A model generated the notes under the pieces. That model was not told the DNA's origin and searched no databases. It worked only from the letters and a program-made list of their open reading frames with translations. A stretch of DNA of 64,000 nt from TPA_inf: Saccharomyces (taxonomy: Eukaryota): assembly GCA_000146045.2 (NCBI GenBank), contig BK006946.2, forward strand, positions 544,001-608,000. The letters run 5' to 3'. The translations under genes were made by a program, and so were the position numbers. Positions 1-12,475 of this stretch are shown here, piece by piece (the stretch's first letter is position 1; each line of letters opens with the position of its first letter).

Positions 1-963
1 ACCGGGACAATGGTTAGCGTCCAACGTAACTACTGAAATGGTATCTGTTATCCAAAAGCGTTTATTCATGGGTAAAATTTGGATTTCATCCATTGGAATT
101 TTGAATTTTAAATTTACTAATATTGCAGTGATCTTAGAACAGTAAAGTGTTTTCTTGATCGGATTCTCATCAGGATTGTTCCAAGATTTTTTGAGTCCAA
201 TATAGTGATCAGAATGAAAATGAGAAAGAAAGTACTGAGAGATAGTCTCGCTGGCCTTATAATTGAAACCATCCACAACTATTTCGTGGCCATTATTGAA
301 CTTAATTATCTTGAAACTTGGTAAAACAAGTTTTACTCTTGTTGGTTTTTTTGACGTAGCTATATCCCTCTTCGTTTTTGCAGGAGATGATGGATTAGAA
401 ATAAAGCTCCTGATATTCTTTTTAGGTGTTCCCATATTGCTCGGGTCACTGCCTATGCAAGTATCACAGTGTGTCTCTCTTTCGTACAATTCTAAATGAG
501 AAAGGTTTTCTAGACAAATAGGACATTGAATAACTTCTGTAGAGACTTTAACATTTACTTGCTCCTCCAATTCCGTTACTATTCGATCTTCGGTCCTATT
601 TTCTATTGCGCTGACTTCGTTATCATGCAAGCTAACTAGTTCTTCCTCGTCTGTGTCTATGGTGATTTCGACCTTTGCAGTGTCTTCAAGGCAAATGCTA
701 TTGTGATCGTCATCGTTAATAATTACTGGCTCTGTATTCTTATTGGATGTTGAACAACTGAACCTTGAGAATGAATATGAACTGGAACGGACAGGTAAGT
801 TCGATGAAGTTGGGATGTTGAATTCTGTCAAAGTTCTCTGCCTTTTAGAGGATGTATGTGTGTTCTTATGAAGAGTTTTCCCCTCACTTGTACTGCTAGC
901 GGTGCTACTTCGTTTCCGCTTTACTTCAGATCTTCTTATTTGCACTATAGATTTCCTTGACAT
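1..963 (-). CDS. PSO2: DNA interstrand cross-link repair nuclease (SNM1/PSO2 family), N-terminal 321 codons; gene continues past the left edge of the window
   Basis: ATG at 961-963 (rc) opens a minus-strand frame of exactly 321 codons with no stop before position 1. The translation MSRKSIVQIRRSEVKRKRS...CPICLENLSHLE...HFHSDHYIGL carries a zinc-finger-like CPIC..C.TC motif and the metallo-beta-lactamase HxHxDH motif. Its position just upstream of CIN4 matches the YMR137C-YMR138W order. Confidence 0.8.
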   Translation of the reverse strand, partial: MSRKSIVQIRRSEVKRKRSSTASSTSEGKTLHKNTHTSSKRQRTLTEFNIPTSSNLPVRSSSYSFSRFSCSTSNKNTEPVIINDDDHNSICLEDTAKVEITIDTDEEELVSLHDNEVSAIENRTEDRIVTELEEQVNVKVSTEVIQCPICLENLSHLELYERETHCDTCIGSDPSNMGTPKKNIRSFISNPSSPAKTKRDIATSKKPTRVKLVLPSFKIIKFNNGHEIVVDGFNYKASETISQYFLSHFHSDHYIGLKKSWNNPDENPIKKTLYCSKITAILVNLKFKIPMDEIQILPMNKRFWITDTISVVTLDANHCPG

Positions 964-1139
964 AATCAACCGACCACCCAAATTAGTCACTAGTGCGTAT
1001 GCTGCTTAACATGAGTTTTGACGCAGGTATTTGATTATGTTTATATTGCTATTTTACTAGTACTTTTTCAGTCCGTTTCCATGACAAAATCTAAAAAGCC
1101 ATCGCACTAATTTATAAAGATAATAAGAGGGAAGCTTAA

Positions 1140-1730
<591 letters not shown>

Positions 1731-2124
1731 TCGTCTAAGATGTGAGCACCATATAAAAACTTTAAATAATGTCAGTATTTATAGCGTGATAGTTCATTAC
1801 CCGCCGACTGTGCGCATTCGTGGCTTCTGCTCACTCCGGATAATAATACTACCAAGGGGTTCTGTAAGGCTTGCGGGTTACAAAGCACGGGTCCATTGAA
1901 GATCTTACACAAGAAGGAGTGGTAGGAAGACCAGCAGATTATTTCCAATCGGTCGTTGCCATTGTCTTATTTCCTTTTCTTTCTGGCGCATTGCATTTTA
2001 ACACCTTTTTTTCCAGAATAGCCAACCACCGACGTCTGATTCACACATTACTGGGCAAGATCTTGACATAGCATTACATTACAACACGGCAACACTAATC
2101 ACGCAACGCTAGAACTCGCGCAGG

Positions 2125-3237
2125 ATGAATATTCAAAGCAATAATTCTCCGAATCTCAGTAATAACATAGTGTCAAAACAGGTTTACTACGCCCATCCTC
2201 CACCTACGATAGACCCGAATGATCCGGTGCAGATATCTTTCCCTACCACCGAAGTAGTTGGGCATGGTTCGTTTGGTGTGGTATTTGCCACTGTTATTCA
2301 AGAAACTAATGAAAAAGTTGCTATTAAGAAAGTCCTGCAAGATAAACGATTCAAGAACAGAGAGCTGGAAATAATGAAAATGCTGAGTCACATAAATATA
2401 ATAGATCTGAAGTACTTTTTCTATGAAAGGGACTCCCAAGATGAGATTTATTTAAATTTGATACTAGAATACATGCCACAATCTTTGTACCAGAGGTTAC
2501 GTCATTTCGTCCATCAACGTACGCCGATGTCAAGATTGGAAATAAAGTACTACATGTTTCAATTGTTCAAGTCATTGAATTACCTCCATCATTTCGCGAA
2601 CGTCTGTCATAGAGACATTAAGCCTCAAAATTTATTAGTAGATCCTGAGACCTGGTCCTTAAAACTGTGCGATTTCGGCAGTGCAAAGCAATTGAAACCT
2701 ACTGAACCTAACGTTTCCTATATTTGTTCACGGTACTATAGAGCACCAGAGCTAATCTTCGGCGCAACAAATTATACCAACCAAATCGACATATGGTCCT
2801 CTGGCTGCGTAATGGCGGAACTGCTATTGGGCCAACCAATGTTCCCTGGAGAAAGTGGTATTGATCAACTAGTGGAAATCATTAAAATCTTAGGTACTCC
2901 ATCAAAGCAAGAAATTTGCTCTATGAATCCCAATTATATGGAGCATAAGTTCCCGCAAATTAAACCAATACCATTGTCACGTGTTTTCAAGAAAGAAGAT
3001 GATCAAACTGTGGAATTTCTAGCTGACGTTTTGAAATATGATCCACTAGAAAGATTTAATGCTCTACAATGCCTGTGTAGTCCATATTTTGATGAACTAA
3101 AACTTGATGACGGTAAAATAAATCAAATAACAACTGATTTAAAATTGCTAGAGTTCGATGAAAATGTCGAATTGGGCCATCTATCTCCCGATGAACTATC
3201 ATCTGTAAAAAAAAAGCTATATCCGAAGTCTAAGTAA
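2125..3237 (+). CDS. RIM11: GSK-3 family serine/threonine protein kinase, 370 aa
   Basis: ATG at 2125. GSFGVV...AIKKV ATP-binding motif, [10 protein letters not shown] catalytic loop, DFGSAK and [12 protein letters not shown] activation loop typical of GSK3. 370 aa matches RIM11 (YMR139W). Confidence 0.92.
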   Translation: MNIQSNNSPNLSNNIVSKQVYYAHPPPTIDPNDPVQISFPTTEVVGHGSFGVVFATVIQETNEKVAIKKVLQDKRFKNRELEIMKMLSHINIIDLKYFFYERDSQDEIYLNLILEYMPQSLYQRLRHFVHQRTPMSRLEIKYYMFQLFKSLNYLHHFANVCHRDIKPQNLLVDPETWSLKLCDFGSAKQLKPTEPNVSYICSRYYRAPELIFGATNYTNQIDIWSSGCVMAELLLGQPMFPGESGIDQLVEIIKILGTPSKQEICSMNPNYMEHKFPQIKPIPLSRVFKKEDDQTVEFLADVLKYDPLERFNALQCLCSPYFDELKLDDGKINQITTDLKLLEFDENVELGHLSPDELSSVKKKLYPKSK

Positions 3238-3713
3238 TGATAGCACCGGAGGGAGCCCAGGCAAGAATAATGGGAGAAGGAAGGAACATATATACGTATG
3301 TCTTTTTTTAGTACTATTATTACTGTTATTATTATGAGTATTGTTTTTGTATTACCATCATATTCTTATCATTATTAGTAGTAACAGTATTATGTTATCA
3401 TTACTGTTATAATGAATACAAATTATGAAAAAAATAAGGTAAAGCCAAAATAAATTGTAACTTTTTTATGCCATTTCACTTCGAATTATGTATAAAAGCC
3501 GTATTCTTTGCCAGTACGAAACTATTTTAATGACACCTTTACTTTAACCGGGTAACAACTTCCTTAAATGGGTCGACAAGGTTTTTAGAGTATAAAGGGG
3601 CAAGTGAAGGTTCATCATCGAGCTGATGTAGTGGGTGTTTTAGTAAACGAAGAAGCACCTTAGAACCAAATAATCTAGCTAGTATAAACCGAACCCAGAG
3701 TAGCAAACAAACC

Positions 3714-5183
3714 ATGGGTAATGTTCCAGGGAAAATAGACCAGGAAGATAGTTTTAATGATGTCAGGCCAGATTCCTCATATAATACTACATCATCGAAT
3801 TCTGTCATCAAACAATATGATGAAGAAGCCTCTTCAAGGGTGAGAACGAGACGCACGACGTCTTTGGTCAATAATATTTTAAATGGGAATAATGCTCGTA
3901 CAAAAACTGGTTCTCATCTATCCAGCACTAGTAGAAGAAAGACGTCACGGGAAAAAGAGCTTGCTAAAGAGGCACATGCTAAACAATTGGTTGTGAGGTG
4001 TAGCGAAACTGTAGATGGGGGGTTTTTGGCCCCATTTGGCTGTTATTCTTTTGAAAAGTTGGACTATGATGCTACTGTCGTTAAAAATTTAATAATCAAA
4101 AGAAAGTTAGCGCCGTTTTACACTCCTTTGCAGGATTTTGATGAAAGTTGGACTAGAGATGAGTTGATAAAAATTGTTGACGGATTGCCCTTGCATGACA
4201 CGTTCGATGAAAATTTGGAAGAATTCGAAGACGTACCGATAGGCAATTTAAGGAAGTCAACATTTAATGAATTAATAGACAAATCTTTATCCAAGAAGGA
4301 ACAGAGAAGAATGCACGCAAAGATTTTTAGAGCAAGATTGTATAAGAAAAGAATTTTATGGCAAGAAAATGAAAATGAGACGTTTTTGGAGAGGAAATTG
4401 GAAATGAAAAGAATTGGCAGCAAGTCCAGCAATGTTGAAGATAATACCAGTAGCCAGCCAAGGAAAAATTACCATTTACCAAGTGACGATTTGAAGTATA
4501 CTCTTTACAAAAATGGGTCGGAATGCCCTATTTGTTTTTTATACTTTCCAGGGCCTTTCAACTATTCCAAATGTTGTCAACAGCCTATTTGTACCGAGTG
4601 TTTTGTACAGATTAAGAGAGCTGATCCTCACTTCCCTCATGACGAAGTAGACCCAACTGAACCACAAACTAATGACAGTGAAAAGGACCCAAATCTTCTT
4701 ACCTCTGAGCCAGCAAATTGCCCCTACTGTGCAACTGCTAGTTTTAGCATCACTTATCAACCACCCACAAATCGTGAAACTGGTATAGGGGGTATGCCAG
4801 CCGACTCATACGTGTATAAGGACGCCGCCATATCAAGAGCTGATGGCGGTCAGCCAAACATATCAGCCATTACTTCGGATACCATTCGTCCTGATTGGGA
4901 GATTAAATTGAACAAAGAAAGGGCAAGGTTGATGAGGAGATCCGCGAATGCCACCGCTATACATATAAGTAATAGGTTGATCGATCCAAGCCATAGCAGA
5001 AGGAGAAATACAAGTCACAGTATAACCCCTATTCATGATGAAAGTACGTCAGCTTCAAGATCTCCTGAACCGACAATAAACGAACTTGAAGATCAAATGG
5101 TTAGAGAGGCTATTAGGTTAAGCCTTGAAGATCAGGACAACCGAAAAAAATCAAAGAATAGAAACACCTCTTTGAGACCATAG
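3714..5183 (+). CDS. SIP5: Snf1 kinase / Reg1-Glc7 interacting protein, 489 aa
   Basis: ATG at 3714. 489 aa. Cys-rich CPICFLYFPGPFNYSKCCQQPICTECF motif. Length and position match YMR140W. Confidence 0.85.
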   Translation: MGNVPGKIDQEDSFNDVRPDSSYNTTSSNSVIKQYDEEASSRVRTRRTTSLVNNILNGNNARTKTGSHLSSTSRRKTSREKELAKEAHAKQLVVRCSETVDGGFLAPFGCYSFEKLDYDATVVKNLIIKRKLAPFYTPLQDFDESWTRDELIKIVDGLPLHDTFDENLEEFEDVPIGNLRKSTFNELIDKSLSKKEQRRMHAKIFRARLYKKRILWQENENETFLERKLEMKRIGSKSSNVEDNTSSQPRKNYHLPSDDLKYTLYKNGSECPICFLYFPGPFNYSKCCQQPICTECFVQIKRADPHFPHDEVDPTEPQTNDSEKDPNLLTSEPANCPYCATASFSITYQPPTNRETGIGGMPADSYVYKDAAISRADGGQPNISAITSDTIRPDWEIKLNKERARLMRRSANATAIHISNRLIDPSHSRRRNTSHSITPIHDESTSASRSPEPTINELEDQMVREAIRLSLEDQDNRKKSKNRNTSLRP

Positions 5184-5735
5184 CATCACAGTTTGACATT
5201 TTTTACAATATTAAAAAAATCCTTTTTCAAACGTTCCAGAAGTGCACTATTTTTCTTTTGTTCCATCTATATCTAACGGAGCGTCACCAACCTGACCTTC
5301 CTTTTGGCTTTAAACAAAATGATCCGGAAATATCGTCACATTTATTGTGAAGAGAGAGAAGTTTTACAGTTAATTGTATTGCAAGCTCTTCCCGCTCTAG
5401 AAAGTTTTTGTTTTGTTCGTCCTCAAGAATTGAGAGTTCAAGTATTTCACCTCAAATTTGCATTTGAATTTTAGTAGTAACTAATATAAGATTCCCATCC
5501 CGCATCCGCCACTGAGCAATGTCATTCTCTCTTTTCTCGCCTTTTTATGGATAGAAGCACATAGACGATGGATATCAGAGAAGCGTTCACATAATTAAGC
5601 AGTTAGTTCCAAATATGCGTACAGTCTTTATAGATGAGAGACTGTTAAAAACGACCTTCCGTTCGACCACTCAAACTGTAGTAGGAGTTCTTTTCTCTAT
5701 TTATATGCTTGCAATGTTCGCAGAAAAAGCACCAT

Positions 5736-6044
5736 CTACCTCACCTCCAGCTTAGCCAATTTTTGGTTGGTAAACCGTTCCAGAAATTTTTCAGTTTTGG
5801 GCGATACCATCAATGTGTCATTACAGAATATTCTTGTTGGCATTTTTTCAGGTCTAAAGAAATTTCGATTTGAGGTAATTGCTAGTGCTGAAAGGAAGAA
5901 ACACAGAAATCTGACTGAACAATGACTTTTTGGCGTGTTCGAAGAAATCAAATGCATTATATATAAACGTACGCATAGGTATATATTCAAACTCACATAT
6001 ATAAAATCTTCTTTTCTCTTCTCACTTGTGTCAGTGCGTGACAT
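5736..6044 (-). CDS. Small 102-aa ORF in the SIP5-RPL13B intergenic region, probably the dubious ORF YMR141C; weak coding evidence
   Basis: ATG at 6042-6044 (rc). 102 aa with low-complexity, atypical composition. Its position corresponds to the dubious ORF YMR141C. Confidence 0.2.
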   Translation of the reverse strand: MSRTDTSEKRKEDFIYVSLNIYLCVRLYIMHLISSNTPKSHCSVRFLCFFLSALAITSNRNFFRPEKMPTRIFCNDTLMVSPKTEKFLERFTNQKLAKLEVR

Positions 6045-6205
6045 CAGTATGCGCTTTGGATGTTTATCTTATCTGAGCGTCACAATTCAGTGATAACAGA
6101 ATATTTTGTTATGAGTGATGGCTTCCCATTATACAGTGTACATAAAATTATACCAGATATAAAGACATTAAAAAAGATGAAACATATTTATCAGATTCAT
6201 TTAAT

Positions 6206-7207
6206 TTATTTCTTCTTTTCAGCTTCAGCTTCAGCCTTCTCTCTAGCCCTCTTTTCTCTGATACCTCTGAATTTCTTTTCGGATCTGGCTAATCTCAAGG
6301 TTCTGAAAGCAGATTCACCATTGTCTTGAACAGCTCTAGCTTCAACATCGGTAGCTGGTTGAGCAATTGGGAAAGTGGCAGCAGCAGACAAAACTTGTTC
6401 AGCTTCTGGAGCCTTACCGTCTCTTGGGAAAACGATAATCTTGGATTGGTACTCCTTCAATCTTTGAACGTTAGCGTCAAAGATTTCTTGGTTTCTGTTT
6501 TGACGTCTGTGGTCAACAGCAATACCAATGGTTCTGGCGTAAGCAGCAGTCAAACCAGCGGCCTTAACTTCAGCCAAGGTGAAACCTCTACCAGCTCTAA
6601 CCTTTCTGTTGTACTTAACAGTTGGAGCTCTGACAACAGGTCTCAACAAATCCAATGGTCTTGGAGCAATCTTGGCGGCTCTGGCAGCTCTAGCATTACG
6701 TCTAGAAACCTTTTTACCAGCTTGGTCAAAGTGAACCTTGACACGTTCTTGCCAGTGCTTTCTGAAGTGGTTCTTCAAAATTGGTAAATTCTTGGAGATA
6801 GCTATAATCATAAAAAAATCAGTTAGTAAATTTGCTTCCTTTGAGTAAACCTTTATTTCTAGTTTCTGATAAACGAATCTCAGGGTAATAATCATTTAAC
6901 CTCATTATTAATGCACAATTTACATTGCCTCGCCATGCTGATTCCTCTAAATATCTCAAGGCATCCTTTTAGTGCAACCCGCCTATTTATAAACTGGTCA
7001 AAGTGCCAATTATCTCAAAGAATGATTCTTTTGATCTTGATTTTTGCAACGTTTCAAAGACAGCGGGATCTAATTATTCCACGGTTCCTACTGTTAATTT
7101 ACAGTGTTATCCAATGCTTGTTTCTACACAGCTAGTTTAGGCATTAGTTCAGTCGTTCCGTGTTCGTTTCAATCATAGCTCTTATTGCTTCAGTTCAACA
7201 TACCCAT
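6206..7207 (-). CDS. RPL13B: Ribosomal protein L13 (eL13), copy B, 199 aa. Exon 1 is 7204-7207 (ATGG), the intron is 6802-7203, and exon 2 is 6206-6801 including the stop codon
   Basis: Exon 2 translates [31 protein letters not shown]...[10 protein letters not shown] (eL13). On the minus strand the sequence reads ACAATGG|GTATGT at 7207-7198. The 3' splice site TATAG| lies immediately before CTATCTCCAAG at 6801. G plus CT restores the GCT (Ala) codon, giving M-A-I-S-K. Total 200 codons, 199 aa. Confidence 0.9.
6802..7203 (-). other. RPL13B: Spliceosomal intron of RPL13B (402 nt)
   Basis: 5' splice site GTATGT at 7203-7198 (minus strand). TACTAAC branch point (rc gttagta near 6823-6829). AG acceptor at 6803-6802 (minus strand). 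Confidence 0.88.
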
Positions 7208-7527
7208 TGTTACTTGATTCCTGCTTTACTTTTCCGAAATTATTTCCTATTAATGTTACATTATGTTCTAACTTCAAGTACCTCTAATTACATAGTATGT
7301 AAGAAAGTAACTTCCCAATGGAGGATGGTGAGCACCGGCTCCGAGTAGGTTAGTAATGTGTCCTTGCAATGCCGCGTCAGCCTGAGGAGAGCGTACCAAG
7401 AAGTCGAATGACCCCACTAGAGATTCCTCTAGCGAGGCCAGTGGATGAGATGGAAGCCTACGCAAGGCAAAAGATTACACTCGCGAACGTGCGTCCGGGA
7501 TGATACAGTATTTTTTTAAAAACTATA

Positions 7528-7541
7528 AATGTATGGGTGCG
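7528..7541 (-). promoter_or_regulatory. Rap1 binding site (GCACCCATACATTT) in the divergent RPL13B/RPS16A promoter
   Basis: The reverse complement of aaatgtatgggtgc matches the Rap1 consensus ACACCCRYACAYM that is typical of ribosomal protein gene promoters. Confidence 0.6.
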
Positions 7542-7618
7542 TAATGTACAGATTTTATGGCACTGAAAATCTTTTTCAAGATAATCTCACCGTATTACTT
7601 AAACATCAGTACATATTG

Positions 7619-7632
7619 GCACCCATACATTA
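7619..7632 (+). promoter_or_regulatory. Second Rap1 binding site (GCACCCATACATTA), inverted relative to the first
   Basis: gcacccatacatta on the plus strand, about 90 bp from the first site. Paired Rap1 sites are typical of ribosomal protein promoters. Confidence 0.6.
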
Positions 7633-7927
7633 TAAAATCATCTCGGAAATGGAAAATGCTAAGGCCGTATATAAAAATTGTTGGCGGCCTGGTAAGAAAA
7701 GTAATTGACGCTTGATTTTCCTTGACTCCCGTCCAGTTTAGCACAGCGGACGATTGGCAGTTTGCTGGAATTCCAAGAGTTACCGCTTAGCGCAAACTAT
7801 CGTGAACTCGCTGCAACAACTGAGAGGGCAAGGATATACATAAAAATAGCCTACAAATTCTGAACTCTGTAAAGGAAGCCTCATAAATAAAGGTAGATAG
7901 TAAAGTATACAAGAGAAGAATCCCAAG

Positions 7928-8903
7928 ATGTCAGCTGTCCCAAGTGTTCAAGTATGTTTTCAGTTCTGCAGAATGATGTTTGATAGTATCGATAATGGAG
8001 TGAGATCAAGAGAAAAAAAATGAATATGTCAGCCAACCAAGTTCTGAGTAGGCAGTAAATGAGTACGCATAGTGTATTTATCCAAAGGAAAGAATTGTTA
8101 TTTTTACAAGCCGAATTGAGATCCAATTAGGCAATGTTTTGGGGAGAGTATTTTGACAAGATTGGTTAAACTACTACGGTCAGTTCCGTAACCAGTACGA
8201 TTGTACACATAAGGAAACAACTGTAAAGATAAACAATAAGGGCTTCCAATGCCATTGTAAGATATCATATTCCTAAACAAAAATGTACAGCGAATATAAA
8301 GCCAGCGTCAGTGTCTTCCTGGAAGGTTGCGCAACTAAAGAAGTTGAAATTAAAATGGCAAGCGCTACATTTTCATCCATTTTCACTCATCAGATGTCCA
8401 AGATTTTCGAAAAATAAATATTCTCATTTTTCTCTCAATGAAATAATTGTTACTAACATTGAATTTCCTCGTAACTAATTGCATTACTTCTTTAGACTTT
8501 TGGTAAGAAGAAATCAGCTACTGCTGTTGCCCATGTCAAGGCCGGTAAGGGTTTGATCAAGGTTAATGGTTCTCCAATCACTTTGGTTGAACCAGAAATC
8601 TTAAGATTCAAGGTTTACGAACCATTATTGTTAGTTGGTTTGGACAAATTCTCCAACATCGATATTAGAGTTAGAGTTACTGGTGGTGGTCATGTTTCCC
8701 AAGTTTACGCCATCAGACAAGCTATTGCTAAAGGTTTAGTTGCTTACCATCAAAAATATGTCGATGAACAATCCAAGAACGAATTGAAGAAGGCTTTCAC
8801 TTCTTACGACAGAACCTTGTTGATTGCTGATTCTAGAAGACCAGAACCAAAGAAATTCGGTGGTAAGGGTGCTCGTTCCAGATTCCAAAAATCTTACCGT
8901 TAA
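7928..8903 (+). CDS. RPS16A: Ribosomal protein S16 (uS9), copy A, 143 aa. Exon 1 is 7928-7951, the intron is 7952-8495, and exon 2 is 8496-8903 including the stop codon
   Basis: Exon 1 ATG TCA GCT GTC CCA AGT GTT CAA (MSAVPSVQ) is followed by GTATGT at 7952. The acceptor TTTAG| lies before ACTTTTGGTAAGAAG at 8496. Exon 2 translates [31 protein letters not shown]...RFQKSYR. Total 143 aa. Confidence 0.9.
7952..8495 (+). other. RPS16A: Spliceosomal intron of RPS16A (544 nt)
   Basis: GTATGT at 7952-7957. TACTAAC at about 8449-8455 (gttactaacattg). Acceptor AG at 8494-8495. Confidence 0.88.
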
Positions 8904-9361
8904 GAAATTGTGGGGATTATTTTTCGCTCTTTTCATTTTCTTATAATTGTATACCATCAATAAACACAACAGCCTTTAATTTACGTAAAATTATATCATG
9001 GTTTCTATATAAATTACGCTATTACGCAATTAATACGATTGCCTAGCGGTGGAATGCGGGCCGTTATTCATGAGACCCATACATCTCATAGAAAGCTTGA
9101 CACACGTCAAAATTGGCCATAAACGGGTAAATGTCAACAAACTAAATTTCTTGACGCGAAATCGAGTTGTTTATGATGCTAATAATATGTAGACAATAAT
9201 ATCGTGTACTGTGTTTAAATAAAATTTATAGGGAAGAAGGAGTTCAAAACGGTATCCGGGGCTAGTTGTGGTATTTTCAAGTGTGCTAACGCTATTAAAA
9301 GATTGTTTGGACTGCCCGTATTTGCTTTATTTTTAAGGACAAATTTAAAAGTCATACAGCA

Positions 9362-10390
9362 ATGGAAGAAAATAAACTTAGTGGAAATAAACCGATTCAA
9401 CTTGCTACCTGGTCGAACCAGATGGGGTCACCAGAAAACAATGGAAATAATGCAAATAATGGTAGTGATGTACAGAATGTTATTCAGAAAGCTTTAGGCT
9501 TGATTCGACAGTTGAACAATAATGGGCTAATGAGTCCGATGGAAGAAGAGCATTCGCAACCTTCATCTTCACAAGAGACACTTAGTGTCGATAGAGAGAT
9601 TAATGAACAGGGCCGTTTGCGTCTTCTTATGCAAGCAAAAGATGATAATACGCGGAAGGAAGTAGGCACATATTCTAGTCCGATGGATTCTGCGTACGCC
9701 AGGGAAAATATGTTAAACGTTTTGCAATCATTAGTTACGCATCTGAACCAAGCTGTCAGCCAAATACAACAATTAAAATTCAAGAACATGATTCTTACTT
9801 CAAATGAAAATAATATTCAGTCGAGGCATGAAGTGGAAGATAATCTCCAGAAACAGCAATTTGAAAGGATGAAGTGTCAGTTTCTATTGGAACGTCAAAG
9901 TTTGAAGGATCAATTGCGAAAGCGAGAGAATAAAATTGTTAAATATAAGCAGAAAATTATTGAAAAGAACAAGAAATTAAACAATCTAGCAAAAGTACTT
10001 AATCAACATGCAATATCTGATACCTCTCAAATAGATAGTTTCAGTAGCTCGGTAAAGAAAACGCCTTCGTCGACTACAACGCCCCAAGAAATGAAGTCGG
10101 ACATGTTGAACACCTTGGGAATATTGGCCACACATGTCTTGAAAGATGAAATTGACGATGATTCTGGAAATCAAACGATTCTGCAACTGGCTGCAGGGAG
10201 TATAAGCAACGATTGTAACACTACGGAGTTGGAAATTACGTGCAGTCCTGAAATGGGAAGGACTATTACACACAATCGACCAAATACTAAAGATGAGTCA
10301 ATTCAGGATTCACATGGGAATAGGACCCTCCAATTGCCCAAAATGAAAAGTTTCAGTACCATAGACGGAAGCATTAAGGATATTAAGTGA
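9362..10390 (+). CDS. 342-aa protein, coiled-coil and Ser/Asn-rich, poorly characterised (YMR144W)
   Basis: ATG at 9362. 342 aa. Length and position between RPS16A and NDE1 match YMR144W. No enzymatic motifs recognised. Confidence 0.75.
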   Translation: MEENKLSGNKPIQLATWSNQMGSPENNGNNANNGSDVQNVIQKALGLIRQLNNNGLMSPMEEEHSQPSSSQETLSVDREINEQGRLRLLMQAKDDNTRKEVGTYSSPMDSAYARENMLNVLQSLVTHLNQAVSQIQQLKFKNMILTSNENNIQSRHEVEDNLQKQQFERMKCQFLLERQSLKDQLRKRENKIVKYKQKIIEKNKKLNNLAKVLNQHAISDTSQIDSFSSSVKKTPSSTTTPQEMKSDMLNTLGILATHVLKDEIDDDSGNQTILQLAAGSISNDCNTTELEITCSPEMGRTITHNRPNTKDESIQDSHGNRTLQLPKMKSFSTIDGSIKDIK

Positions 10391-10792
10391 TCAAAGATAC
10401 TAGATAATGTTTGTTCTTGATGGCAAGAAATACACAATGTCAACACCCGCGCTTTCTCTTCGATTCATTAGTTGATATCATTAACATTATATTATACATA
10501 CTTTATTTCTCTTGGAAATTAAATATTTGATGATGGTTTATCTAAATATTGTCTCACTCATTTTCCCTTTTTTTTAAGATAGAATATCAGTTTGAGGCAA
10601 CAAATGATAAATTATGATTATGTATATAAAACAATTTTAATTTTATTAGCATAAAAAAGGGACAAGGCCTCTGCTAAAATATCGATAAAAAAAGAAATAA
10701 TATGAAAGACAAAACAAACTAACTGGAAAAAATAAAATAAAAAACAAAACTGATCATCATTTAAAAATGTTATTCTCTTGTATCTATTTCTA

Positions 10793-12475
10793 CTAGATAG
10801 ATGAATCTCTACCCAAGAAATAAACTTTAGCCCAATCCATAGCGACAAGAACTCTGTTTCTAAAGGATAGACACATTGCCAAATAAGCAGATTTCCAGAA
10901 TAGGAAGGTGAATGAGCCGGCTAACCTATATTTGGCTTCACCAACGGCAAGATCAGCAATGGCTTTATCTGAACCAATATAAGCCAGAGCACCCTTATGG
11001 TTGTACTTGAAGTCTTCAATTTGCGATTGCGTTTTGACTATTTGGTTCTTTAATCTAGCGACTTCTGAATCGTCTTTAGCATGGGTCATTTTCCAGTTCA
11101 ATTGATCGATTTTATAAGCTTTCTTGAAATACTGAGCCAAGTATTCACCTTCTTGGTGGGCAACTTGAGCGGTAGGGAACAAGCCAGGGTGGAAGGTACA
11201 ATCGCCGATAGCAAAAATAGATCCCTTAGCACCCAAAAGTTGAAGTTTGTTATCTATCAACAAACCACGTCTTGAGTCCTGTTCCTCTAATTTAGTCATT
11301 AGGTTCTTAGACACTTCTCTTGGCGCATTACCTGTAGCCCAAACTAATACACCATACGGTATATTTTCAATGTCACCATCGCCAGTTTTGGCAGTTATAG
11401 TGGTAGCGTCAACTTTCTTAACCATTGTTTTCAATCTTAAATCGATTTTTTCCTCTTTGAATAAATCTTGAGCATAGTCAACGAGATACTTGTCAAACAT
11501 GTTCAAAATGTTTGGCAAAGCCTCCACCAAAGTGACTTTAATTTCTTTACTCAATTCGGGCATCCATTTTCTCAAGTCCTGGTCAACATAATCTCTCAAT
11601 TCAGCGGCAAATTCGACACCGGTGGGACCACCACCAACGACAACAAAGCTCAACAATCTTGCTCTCTCAGGATCTTTTGGAGATAGGGAGGCAGCTTTCT
11701 CAATACTGGACATAATTTTTAATCTGATCTCTTGAGCGTCGGATATTTCCTTCAAGAAAGAAGAATATTCATAAACTCCCGGAGTACCAAAAGTGTTTGG
11801 TTGAGCACCCACACCGACAACCAGATAGTCGTATTTCAAGTCCAAGTCGTAGTCGTTATTCTTAGCGGAAGATTTGACCTTAATTGTTTTGTTTTCAGGA
11901 TCAACGTCGTACGCTTCAGCTTCATAGTAATGGACTTCACCGTGCGATCTTCTAGCAATAGTCCTGACAGGTTCAACAATAGATTTCAATTCGATGGTAC
12001 CAACTGGGGTAGATGGCAATAGCGGAGTAAAAAGAAAATAATTTCTTGGAGAAACAACAACAACATTATACAACGTGGTGTCCAAATTTTTCAAAAGCGA
12101 CACAGAACCCCAACCGGAGCCCAGAATTACCAAAGTCTTCCTCTTTGAACCGTTTGGAAAAGTGTCCGATTGAGGAACTTGGGTAGAAGGGTTAGCTTCT
12201 CGGTAAAGTGAGTATGAAACGTAAGCCGTACCCGCGAGGGCAGAATACAATAAAGCCTTCAAAGTAAATTTCCCAGTTCTCTTGAAAAAGGACTGCTTCG
12301 CAACAACGCCAGTAGTGGGCGCCACTTTTTGCAAAATGACTTTCTTGTCCTCTAGCAAATTTCTTGCTGCATGGAACGATCTATTTTTGGCATATTTCAC
12401 AAGCCCCGACTTGCTCTGTAGGCTAAACCTGGAGGAGTTAGCCCACACTGTTTTCATTAATGATTGTCTAATCAT
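10793..12475 (-). CDS. NDE1: Mitochondrial external NADH dehydrogenase (type II NADH:ubiquinone oxidoreductase), 560 aa
   Basis: ATG at 12473-12475 (rc). Two Rossmann dinucleotide-binding motifs ([16 protein letters not shown]). 560 aa matches NDE1 (YMR145C). Confidence 0.9.

Noticed and set aside
5736-6044. YMR141C-like 102-aa ORF and the overlapping 89-aa plus-strand ORF at 6060-6329
   Set aside because: Short, compositionally atypical ORFs lying in the 3' UTR/terminator region of RPL13B and SIP5. Kept only as a low-confidence 'dubious ORF' feature.
6326-6787. 153-aa Ser-rich ORF on the plus strand
   Set aside because: It is exactly antisense to RPL13B exon 2. The serine-rich composition is the mirror of Ala/Arg/Lys codons and shows no independent conservation signal.
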